Made by a program: the position numbers and the translations under genes. The notes under the pieces were generated by a model. That model was not told where the DNA came from and did not search any database. It saw only the letters and a list, made by a program, of their open reading frames with translations. A stretch of DNA of 63,762 bases, counting the filler, from an uncultured Gemmatimonadota bacterium (lineage in GTDB: Bacteria; Blakebacterota; Blakebacteria; Blakebacterales; Blakebacteraceae): assembly GCA_964576115.1 (NCBI GenBank). It is 5 parts of 5 records of this genome, joined end to end, with 100 filler letters (N's around TTAATTAATTAA, not from the genome) between each part and the next. Parts side by side here need not be neighbours in the genome. Positions count along the whole stretch, not along the records: positions 28,226 to 41,905 come from CAZNUA010000075.1; positions 42,006 to 55,000 come from CAZNUA010000076.1; 3 more parts are not named here. One strand, given 5' to 3'. This document shows positions 30,117 to 42,054 of this stretch, in pieces; positions within the stretch are counted from its first letter, which is position 1; each line of letters begins with the position of its first letter.

Positions 30117-32574
30117 CTACCCCTTCGGTCTGATCCACTCCTGGAAGGGGGGGTAGTCCCGGATCGGATCGAAATCGCGGAGGCGGTGGATCTCTGGGCC
30201 GAAGGCCAGGCCGTGCTGAAAGGACTCCTGCAGCAGGGTCAGCGCCCGCTCCCGTTCACCGACCGAAGCCGCGATCGCCGCCTGATAGCCGATGATCACT
30301 CCCCGGCGGCGCGGTGTCACCTCCAGAACTCCCAGTTCCTCGATGTACCGGTGAGCTTCATCGACCTCACCGGCAAAACCGGCCAGACAGCCGAGGTACG
30401 TGAGGTAGGTCTCGTTCTGCGGATCTTCATCATGCAGTTGCAGGTACAACCGGCGTGCTTCATCCGCATTGCCGGCCCAGTAGTGGGTTTCAGCGATCGA
30501 ACTGTGCAACCGCTCCCGTTCCCGGGCGGGCTGGCTCTCATACCACCGCAGGGCTTCATCGAAGAGTGCCGCCGCATCGTCATGCAGGCCCTGGACGTGC
30601 AGTTCGATACCGGCGTTGCGTATTGTTCCGCCGGCTGAACCGGTACCGGTGCCCGGGAAGGCATAGCTCTGATCGAGCAGTTCTCTGAGTTCCTTCATCC
30701 GCCCCAGAGCCGCCAGAGCGGTTACTTCTTCCCTGAAAAATCCCCAGGATCGGGGGAACAGTTCGCGCGCTTTGCGTGCCGTCCGCAACTGCCGACGATA
30801 GTCTCTCAACATGTAGCTGGCATCGATCCTCCGCTGCCAGTAGGAGTACCATTCCTGATATACCTTCGACGTTTCCGGCACCTGACGCAGGTAATTCAAA
30901 GCTTCGTTCGGGCGGTTTATCCGAATAGCATCATACCCCGCCTGAAAGAGAAAGGCCCTGTTCTCTGAGGCCATAAGCGTCACGGCCTCGTACATCCTGT
31001 GCAGATTGCCGTCCTTCAACCCGGAGAGCCAGTCCAGATAGGCCTGTTCGAAGAGAGTGAGATCACTGCGATGGGGCAGCAGGGTGGTGATCATGCTGTC
31101 GGATTCTGCATACTGTCCGTTGTTCGAGTACGCAACCGCGGCCTGTATCCGGGGTATCAGGTAGTCGGGATGATCCCCGGCAATGCGCAGCAGCACAGCG
31201 ATACACTCGTCATATCTGCGCTGGATGAAGAGCTCACCCGACTGATTCAGCAATCGGTAGGCGGCAAGGGACGGGGGTGGAGACGCACCGGCCAACCACT
31301 CCATCAGTCCCGGATTCAGAGCTGCCGCGATGCGAGCCGCCAACCGGTCACTCCACTCGTCCACCATGGTTGACAGACGGTCCCGTTCGCCGGAGAGCGG
31401 ATCGGGGGGCGGGATACGGTCGGTGTCCTCCAGGACCGTGATGTCACTCTGTATCTGCACCGCCCCGGCATCTGTCAGGTAGATCGCACCGGTCACGACG
31501 GTCCCGGAATCGGTCCGGCGGCCCAGGGCAACCTGAGGTCTCGCCTTCTGCCGGATCCGGGACAGGGCCGATTCTGATAGCGAGGTCGCGCTGCGGGCCG
31601 TGATGAAGTCGATTCCGTCGTTCTTCTCGGCGATCGCTTCGCTGATCTGCTGGCAAAAGGGGTCGAGCGACTCGTCCCCGGTCCGGTTCTCGAAGATCGC
31701 CACCATGACCTGTTCCGGCGGCGGGTACGAATGCGGAAGGATCAGGTATCCCAGCACGATGAGCAGGGCACCGATCGGGACACCGAACAGGACCACTTTC
31801 CGGTTGATCAGGTATCTTCTCGGCTGAATGTCCTCAGGCGCCGATATCGAGACCGTACTGGTCTCCATCTCCTTGCGGATGCCCTTCAGGTCGGTGATGA
31901 CCTCCCCGCAGCTCCGGTACCTCAGCTCCGGATCCTTCTCGAGCATCTTCTTCGCCACCGCTTCGACCAGGTCGGGCACATCATCCCGGACCCGGGTGAG
32001 CCTGTCCGGTTCATTGTTGATGATCGAAAAGATGAGTTCGGCCTCGTTGGTGGCCGAGAAGGGGAGCCTGCCGGTCAGCAGTTCGTAGAAGACCACCCCC
32101 AGGCTGAAGATCTCGCTGCGGGCATCCACCGGCCGGCCGCTGATCTGCTCGGGGCTCGAATATGAGAGAGTGCCCATGGTGGTGCCGGTCCGGGTGAGCT
32201 GGCTCCTGGTTTCCAGGTGGGCGAGGCCAAAGTCCATCACCTTCACCCGGCCCTCCATCGAGACCATGATGTTGGCGCTTTTCACGTCCCGGTGAAGGAT
32301 GCCCCTGTTATGGGCGGCTTCGAGGGCCTCGGCGGCCTGCATGATGATGTCGATCGCCTTGCGCACGCTGACTGAGCCGGTCTCGACCATGTCGCGGATG
32401 GTCTTGCCCTCGACGTACTCCATGCAGATGAGCTGGGAGTCGTCCTCTGAGTTCTGCACCAGTTCGAAGACGGTGGTGATGTTGGGGTGGTTCAGGGCCG
32501 AGGCGGCCTGGGCTTCGCGGACGAAACGTTCCTGTGCTTCGGGATCTTCGGAGAGGGAACGGGAGAGGGCTTTC
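30117..32574 (-). CDS. Hanks-type Ser/Thr protein kinase with TM segment, TolB_N-like domain and TPRs; 5' end lies in the gap
   Basis: RFVREAQAASALNHPNI, HRDVKSANI, DFGLA, GTLSYSSPEQ, a hydrophobic segment, VAIFENRTGD and helical repeats. Confidence 0.92.
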
Positions 32575-32575
32575 A

Positions 32576-32675
32576 NNNNNNNNNNNNNNNNNNNNNNNNN
32601 NNNNNNNNNNNNNNNNNNNNNNNNNNNNNNNNNNNNNNNNNNNNNNNNNNNNNNNNNNNNNNNNNNNNNNNNNNN
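32576..32675. other. Scaffold gap (100 N)
   Basis: N run hiding the S9 stop and the kinase start. Confidence 0.98.
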
Positions 32676-34690
32676 GGCCTCTTCCACTTCTCGAACCAGC
32701 TCCTGAGGTAGAGCTGGCTGCGCATGAAGTTGGAGGGATTGGAGCTGGTTCCGTGCCACTCATCCCTGAATCTCAGCATCACCGTGGGAACATTCTGGAT
32801 CTTCAGGGCCTGGTAGAACTCCTCGGTCTGCGAGATCGGGGTGCGCAGGTCATCCTCACCGGTCATCAGCATCGTGGGCGTCGTGACGTTGCCGGCGTAC
32901 ATCAGGGGGGAGCGTCGCAGGTGCTCTGACGGGTCATCCCACGGGAACTCCTCGAAGTTGCGGTACCACGAGACGCCGTCGGTGGTTCCTACGAACGAGA
33001 GCCAGTCGATCACGGGATAATTCGAAGAGGCGGCCGCGAACCGGTCGGTGTGACCGACGATCCAGGCCGTCAGGACACCCCCGCCGGACCCGCCGTAGAC
33101 GAAGAGGTTGTCCTCGTCGATGTAGCCCCGGCCGATCACCTCGTCCACGCCCGCCATCAGGTCGTCGAAGTCTTTGTCGGGATAGGCATTGTTGATCGCA
33201 TTGCCGAACGCACTGCCGTAGCCGGCACTGCCCCGCGGATTGGTGTAGAGGACCACGTAGCCGTTCGCGGCGTGATTCTGCCAGGCGAAGTTGAAGGAGA
33301 CGCTGTACATGCCGTGCGGCCCGCCGTGGATCGCCAGAATGAGAGGGTACTTCCGGTTCGGATCGAAGTCGGGCGGGGTGATGATCCACCCCTGGATCCG
33401 GAAATCGTCGGCCGAGTCGTACCAGATCTCCTCGACCTCGCCCAGCGTGACCGCTCCCAGCACGTCCTGGTTCACCTGCGTGAGCCTGCGGATCTCGTCG
33501 GGGCGGTCCAGGCGGAGCGAAACGATATCGCCCGGCTCGTGATAGCTGCCGAGCGTGCCGACGGCGGTGCCCCGGGAATCGAAGGTGGAGATGGAGAGCA
33601 TGTGGTTGCCTTCGGTGATCTGACGCACGCCGCCCCGCACCGACGCGAAATAGAGGTTGGAGGTTCCTTCGCTTCGGACGGTGAAATACACACCCGATCC
33701 ATCGGGTGCCCACTGGAGGCTGCCGGGGGAGCGATCCCAGCCCTCGGAGATGCAGCGTGAACGCGAACCATCCCTGCGCATGATGTAGATCTTGCGGTTC
33801 TGATAGGTATTCTCGTGATAGTCGTCACCGGTATAGGCGATCAATTCCCCGTCGGGAGAGGGAACGGCGCCGCCATCGGGCCCGTGCCGGGTGGTGAGCT
33901 GCGTGATCGCTCCGCTTTCCACCGCCACCGTATAGATCTCCGATTCCCGGTACCGATACTCGGCGTCCTCCACCCGGAGCGAGCTGAAGAGAATGCTCTT
34001 CCCGTCGGGTGTCCACTCCGGTCCGCTGTGATTCCAGTCGCCGTCGGTCAGCTGCCGGGGCGTGCCGCCCTCGGCCGGGACCACGAAGATATGGGTGTAT
34101 CCGGTATCGATATACCCGCTCCGGTCGCGCCGGTAGTTCAGCCGGTCGACGATCTTCGGGCCTTCGGTCCAGGTGGCGCCCTCGGGGCGGTGAGGCAGCT
34201 GCACCGACCAGCTCGAGCGCTCCTCGACCGACATCGAAAAGGCGATCCATTCCCCGTCGGGAGACCAGCGCAGGCTCCCCGGTCCCCTCTCCACGCGCGT
34301 GATCTGGGTCATGGCGCCTTCGGCATCCATCCACCGCACGAAGATCTGGCTGCCCCGCGGTTCCCCCTGGGCCAGGAAGGCGATCCTGGTTCCGTCCGGT
34401 GACCAAATCGGCGAAGAACCCTTGACCAGGAACCGGTTCCGGCTGCCGTCGGCGTTCATGATCCAGATGTCGGAACTGCGCCGGTCGTTGACCTTGTCGA
34501 CCCACGACCGGGTATAGACGATACGGGTGCCGTCGGGTGAGATCCGGGGGCTGCTCACGCTCTCCAGGTCCAGGTACAGATCCAGGGAGAGGGTGCCCGG
34601 TTCGGCCTGAGCCATGATCGAAGCGGGCAGGATCAGCACCAGCAGCAGGATCGAAAGGGACCTGGCGATTACACGAACGGGGGAGTGCAT
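32676..34690 (-). CDS. S9-family peptidase (acylaminoacyl/dipeptidyl peptidase) with PD40 propeller; 3' end lies in the gap
   Basis: Signal peptide, WSPDG repeats, IHGGPH, NPRGS, GGSGGG, DLRTP, EWHG. Confidence 0.94.
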
Positions 34691-34802
34691 GGGAACCTCC
34701 GCGGGATTACGGATCGGGTCAGGTGATACCTGTTTCAGCATACCGGACCCGTCCGAGAAAGCCTTCTGCGGGCGAAACGATTCTAGTCGAGCCGCCCCGG
34801 CG

Positions 34803-36485
34803 TCACCACTGTCTCAATTGATCGATCTCATCGGTGCGACCGGTCATCTCCCAGCGCAGGAGCGAGGTGGGGATCACGCCGCAATCGTGCATCTCGTCGA
34901 AGAAGCCCTTCAGGGTGAATGCATCTCCGAGCTGAAGAGCCCGTTCGGCCATCAGCTGCTCGATCTGGTGCTTGCCAACGAGGTAACTGGTGGCATAGCC
35001 GGGCTGGGTCAGATAGAAGTGCTGCTCGCCCCAGACGGTGCTGCTGTCTTCGGGCATCCAGCCGCGGGGCGTCCACCGGGCGGCATACTCCACCGCCTCG
35101 TCGATGGTCCACTCGTTGGCGTGCATCATCAGACCGCCCAGGGCCCGGGCGGCTCGCTGGGCGATGAGGATCAGGATGAGTTCGCGGGAGCGGGGACTCT
35201 CGTCGAAGAGCCCGGCGTGCATCATCCACTCCTCCATGCCGGTGGCGATCCCCTCCGAGCGGCTGTCGTAGATGTTGTAGAGATGGGGGACCCGCCGGAT
35301 CGGGCTCGAGTGGGGCTCTGTGTCCATCATGGCCAGGTCGATCCAGTGGTGTCCGTGGGTGCGCATGGTCAGGGGGTCGCGATAAATCACTTCCGAGAAG
35401 AAACCCCGCAGTCCTTCGGCTGGAGAGAAGCGGCCGATGCGCTCGCGCAGGGCCTCATCGAAATAGTCCCGGACGGTGATGATCTCTTCGTCATCGTAGA
35501 ACTCGATGTAGTCCGTGACGGCCTGGTTCAGGCGTCGATCGTACTCTTCGGCCGAATCGATGCGCTCCAGCCGGGGCAGGTCGCGATTGCGATTCTCCTC
35601 GAGAAGCAGCGTGGCGTTGGAGCGGGCCAGCTCGCGGCGCAGCATCGTCACCTGTTCGGCCCACGAGTACGGGACGAGGTGCACGTTGCGCTCATACCAG
35701 GTGTAGTTGTCGACCCCGATTCCTGACGGTCCGGTCTTCGAGGGGGCCTCCTCCTCCAGCCAGTCGGCGAACGCGTCGGTTGCCCGAAGGGCCGCCTCGA
35801 TGGCGTCATCCAGTCGGTCATCGGTCCCGGCCAACCGGGCCGCCAGGGAACGCAGATCGCGGCTCTGCCCGGCCATGGCCCGGATGCCCCCGCGCCAGAG
35901 ATCCCGGGCGTTCCCGGTCAGGTTGCCCCGGGCCTGCTCGAGCACCGGGCCGATGGATGCGATCCACCCGGCCAGTTCCGCCGCTGCATCCGGTTCGAGC
36001 GGATAGTCGCGGGTCCAGAGGTCGATCCAGCCGTGCATGACCGGACCCTCGTGGGCCGGCACGTCGCTCCGGGATGGAAAGATCATGACGTAGAAGGCGG
36101 GATTGTTCGCCCACGGCCGGCTCACCCGGTGGTAGAAATCGAGACCGTTCATCTCGGCCCGGACGATCCAGTAATCCACCTGATCCGACACCGGCCAGCC
36201 GGTCGTGTCGATCGCAGCCAGCCGGCGCTGGTACCGCGGCAGTTCACGACGCTGCCGTTCCATGGCCGGGGCGGTGTAGTCGGGCACGCCGTCGATGAAC
36301 GCGGGCTTCTCGAAGGCGCGCCAATCCTCGAACAGTGCGGCGAGGGCGTCGTATCCTGTATCGGCGGTTACCTCGGCCGGGCGATCACCCGGCGCACAAC
36401 CGAGGAGGAGAAGGAGGGTGAGCGAGAGGAACGTTGATCGGAGAGTGCAGGTTGAGCGGCGAGCAACGACTGAACGGATCATCAC
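34803..36485 (-). CDS. DUF885-family lipoprotein (putative metallopeptidase)
   Basis: Lipobox LLGC, HGHH, SEGIA..E, PGYATSYLVGK, FTLKGFFD. Confidence 0.78.
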   Translation of the reverse strand: MMIRSVVARRSTCTLRSTFLSLTLLLLLGCAPGDRPAEVTADTGYDALAALFEDWRAFEKPAFIDGVPDYTAPAMERQRRELPRYQRRLAAIDTTGWPVSDQVDYWIVRAEMNGLDFYHRVSRPWANNPAFYVMIFPSRSDVPAHEGPVMHGWIDLWTRDYPLEPDAAAELAGWIASIGPVLEQARGNLTGNARDLWRGGIRAMAGQSRDLRSLAARLAGTDDRLDDAIEAALRATDAFADWLEEEAPSKTGPSGIGVDNYTWYERNVHLVPYSWAEQVTMLRRELARSNATLLLEENRNRDLPRLERIDSAEEYDRRLNQAVTDYIEFYDDEEIITVRDYFDEALRERIGRFSPAEGLRGFFSEVIYRDPLTMRTHGHHWIDLAMMDTEPHSSPIRRVPHLYNIYDSRSEGIATGMEEWMMHAGLFDESPRSRELILILIAQRAARALGGLMMHANEWTIDEAVEYAARWTPRGWMPEDSSTVWGEQHFYLTQPGYATSYLVGKHQIEQLMAERALQLGDAFTLKGFFDEMHDCGVIPTSLLRWEMTGRTDEIDQLRQW

Positions 36486-36705
36486 GCGAACCTCCGCGAC
36501 AGAGCGAGTGGTTACTCGAGGGCGTATCCTGAGGGAATGAGCCCGGGTGCTATTCTGAGCGGTGGATCCGGTCGCTCATCGATGTCATCCCCTCGGTTCA
36601 AGCCGGTTCTTGAAGAGAGGATAATCCCTCAGGGGTCTGAGTGTGAAGGTGTAGAACAGGTTCTCACGGAGACACCACTCTGTACCCGATCTGTCGGATG
36701 ATCCC

Positions 36706-37539
36706 TCAGTTCCTTTCAGGGGTCGGGAAGGCGGTGAAGAAGGGTTCCAGCCCTTTCCTGATACCTTTCCTGAAGCTGGCCCGCCACATCGCTTTCGGAC
36801 CCATCAGGGTTACTACCAGGTCGGCGAGGAGGAAACCGACCCCCATGGCGTAGTAGAGCGTCTGGACCTCCTCGGCGCCGGGAACGTTCTCTTCGACCGG
36901 GACCTGGATCGGCATACCGCTGATGTACTGGGTCTCCATCACGGTCCGGGTTGTCGTCATCATGGAGGCGACCATGATCATGAGCGGTCCCGCACCGGAG
37001 ACCCACTTGGTGGTGCCGCTGGCGTCGATGCGGGCGAAGAAGTCGTTGCTCTGGGTCAGGTAGATCTGAAAGGTGGCGATGCTGGTCCACTCCATGTTGG
37101 ATAGAAAGAGCACCATCTGGGAGTTGAAGAGGGTGCCGTAGTACGGAATGATGACGGCGTCTACGGCCAGCTCGCTGGCGAATTCGGCGTACTTGTCGCG
37201 CGAGGTCTGGGTGTCCTCAAGGGGCAATCCGGAGCGCTCGAAGGCACTGACGGTGGTCTCGTAGTCCACGACCTCGTACCCGTGCCGGCGGAAGAGCCGG
37301 GTGATCTCCTCCCAGTTGAACTGCCGCCACTCCTCGGCGTCGGTCAGATTCAGCGGCAGCCGGTTGGGCACGATCGCCACCCGGGCGATCCGCACCTCGG
37401 AGCGGGGGATCGAGGGTTCAAAGTAGATCCTTGAGTCGGGCGGGACCTGTTTGAGCTGCCTGCCCATGACGGCGCAGCCGGTAAGGGCGAGTACTAACGG
37501 AAGGGTAAGCAGTGCGGATCGTCGGTATGACCTTGGCAT
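36706..37539 (-). CDS. Hypothetical lipoprotein (alpha/beta core with hydrophobic insertion)
   Basis: AGGAGG SD, lipobox LALTGC, RVAIVP, ELAVDAVI. Strong GC3 bias in this frame. Confidence 0.75.
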   Translation of the reverse strand: MPRSYRRSALLTLPLVLALTGCAVMGRQLKQVPPDSRIYFEPSIPRSEVRIARVAIVPNRLPLNLTDAEEWRQFNWEEITRLFRRHGYEVVDYETTVSAFERSGLPLEDTQTSRDKYAEFASELAVDAVIIPYYGTLFNSQMVLFLSNMEWTSIATFQIYLTQSNDFFARIDASGTTKWVSGAGPLMIMVASMMTTTRTVMETQYISGMPIQVPVEENVPGAEEVQTLYYAMGVGFLLADLVVTLMGPKAMWRASFRKGIRKGLEPFFTAFPTPERN

Positions 37540-39062
37540 GCGGATGCCTCCTGATGCAGTAGTCTCGAACCACGAACCGGCCGGGAGAAGGATTTCCTTG
37601 CCACGGGGGGCGGGTTGCGGAGCTTGCACTTTTCTATCAACTGGTTGAGTTCATCGAAGTCGTTCACGAATTCGGCCGTCTGCAGGTAGAGCCTTACGTG
37701 CTGTTCGCCTTCCCGGCAGCGGTCCCGCTCGAGAGCCAGGCGGCCCAGTTCACGGTGGACGAGAGGGAAGGTCGGGTTGAGTGAGAGCGCCTGCCGGAAG
37801 AGCCGTTCGGCGTCATCGGGCCGGCGATCCCGACGGGCCAGGAGACCGGCCCAGTAAAAGGCCGGGTAGAAACCGGGTCTGAGTCGCTGGACTGTCTCGA
37901 CATCGTCACGATCGGGCAGGCGGTCGTCGGTCCAGAGAGCCTGCATGAGTCTGGCTGCCGGTGCCAGTCCGTCCCCCATCGCTTCGAGCGCCTGCATGAT
38001 CTGATCGTGTTGCGTTCCACCGAGAATCACCCGCAGGGTGTTCTCGGTTCCGGACGGGATGGGAGATCGTTCCAGCGTTTCGAGGAGCGCGGCCGCCGCC
38101 TCTGCCCGCTGGCCACCCTCGTAAAGTATCCGGCCCAGAACGTAGCGGGCCCGTCCGTCACGGGGGGCCAGGGCGACCGCTTCACGGGCGGTTTCGATGG
38201 CCTGGTCGTTGAGACGGAGAACGAAGAGGGCGTTCGCCAGACCGAGCCGGGCCTGCACATTGGTCGGCGAAATCGTGATCGCTTCCCGGTAGGAGGCGGA
38301 TGCGGTCCCGGCGTCGTCGAGATTGAGCCAGGCTGTGCCCCGGATCACGTACGCCTCCGCCGATGATGGACTTTCGGCCAGAACCCGTTCGACCAGATCG
38401 ACGGCCATCAGGTAATCGCCCTGACGGCGCCGCCGCCCGGGGTCGAGGCCGATGAGAGGAGCTTCTTCCGCGAGGTGTCCGGCTCTCAGGAGTCCCGTTC
38501 GGAGCAGGGGCGGGAGAGGGGGGGGTGTGAGTTCCCCGAGGCGCCGGGCTCCCTCCTCGAGCCGCAGGGCTGCCATGATCCGTGAAGCCAGATCGAGTTC
38601 AAGCCGTGACAATGATTCCGGAGCGCCTGATGCCTCAAAGCTGTTCCGGATGCCTGAGGTTTCGACGTCCAGGAGACGGGCTGTGATGTGGAGTGTCCCG
38701 GCCCTCATTTCGACCGACCCGGCCACGAGCAGTGATGCTCCCAGCAGGTTACCGATCTCGACTCTCGACTCACTGCTCACGGCACCGCTGATCTGCAGGG
38801 CCAGTTCCTCCATCAGGCGGAGGAGGTAGCGGCGTTCAACAACTGTGACGGAACCGCTCCTGATCAGGAGGTCGGTGATCCCCTCCTCGACCGCATCGGG
38901 AATCCAGGAATCGGTTGCCTGGAGTCCGACCGCATCAAAATCGGCGACCGCAACCGTCAGGGGAGACTGGCTTGGAGTCCCGGTCTGGGCTGTGAGGGCA
39001 ACAGGAGAGGCAAGGTGCAGGTATAAAACCGGAACAAGAAGACTCAGATGCCTGGTGCTCAT
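37494..39062 (-). CDS. Secreted CsgG/FlgO-like domain plus TPR protein
   Basis: TVAVADF, VTVVERR.L..L.EL.LQ.SG, IGNLLGA..LV.GS, ARLLDVET, then TPRs. Confidence 0.82.
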   Translation of the reverse strand: MSTRHLSLLVPVLYLHLASPVALTAQTGTPSQSPLTVAVADFDAVGLQATDSWIPDAVEEGITDLLIRSGSVTVVERRYLLRLMEELALQISGAVSSESRVEIGNLLGASLLVAGSVEMRAGTLHITARLLDVETSGIRNSFEASGAPESLSRLELDLASRIMAALRLEEGARRLGELTPPPLPPLLRTGLLRAGHLAEEAPLIGLDPGRRRRQGDYLMAVDLVERVLAESPSSAEAYVIRGTAWLNLDDAGTASASYREAITISPTNVQARLGLANALFVLRLNDQAIETAREAVALAPRDGRARYVLGRILYEGGQRAEAAAALLETLERSPIPSGTENTLRVILGGTQHDQIMQALEAMGDGLAPAARLMQALWTDDRLPDRDDVETVQRLRPGFYPAFYWAGLLARRDRRPDDAERLFRQALSLNPTFPLVHRELGRLALERDRCREGEQHVRLYLQTAEFVNDFDELNQLIEKCKLRNPPPVARKSFSRPVRGSRLLHQEASACQGHTDDPHCLPFR

Positions 39063-39166
39063 GCGTACGTCCCGGAAGAGCGGCGGGCAACCGCCCGCTT
39101 CACAAATATAACTCAATTTTCCGGCAAGGATATGATGTTCGAAAAGGTATCTATCCCGCCTTGTGT

Positions 39167-39289
39167 CTTCACCTGTGCACTAATCGACTGCGTGGAGCGG
39201 GTGTTCGGGCACACTCACAGAACGGCGCCCATGCCGCCCTCGCCGATTGTGTCGATCACCTGCTACTGTCCGATAATCCGGTCGATCAT
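39167..39289 (-). pseudogene. Remnant of a Ser/Thr kinase N-terminus
   Basis: MIDRIIGQ*QVIDTIGEGGMGAVL*... retains the Gly-rich loop IGEGGMG, with TAG where Tyr is usual. Confidence 0.7.
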
Positions 39290-39307
39290 AATGAAGCCGA
39301 GCCCTGG

Positions 39308-41725
<2,418 letters not shown>

Positions 41726-41905
41726 TTACCCCGAAGACGCCCCCTGAAGACAGCGTTGCGGACCGAAGCCCCCTGATTTATGAGACCCCCTGCTCCAAAG
41801 ACCCCCGGCCCGGGCTTTTCCCGGCTCGAGGTGCCGGGGGGCATCGCGAAACCAACCCGGTCGGTCTGGCCCTTCGTGCATTTCCCGCGCCGGCGGTGGG
41901 AGAGA

Positions 41906-42005
41906 NNNNNNNNNNNNNNNNNNNNNNNNNNNNNNNNNNNNNNNNNNNNTTAATTAATTAANNNNNNNNNNNNNNNNNNNNNNNNNNNNNNNNNNNNNNN
42001 NNNNN
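41906..42005. other. Artificial contig linker
   Basis: N-TTAATTAATTAA-N. Confidence 0.98.
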
Positions 42006-42054
42006 ACCGTGAACCGGGTCGCCCGAACCCCGCCGATTATAGAAGGACACTGCC

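Noticed and set aside
30117-32759. 880-aa ORF crossing the gap
   Set aside because: Chimera: the first 28 residues are an alternative frame of the S9 peptidase end joined through Ns to the kinase.
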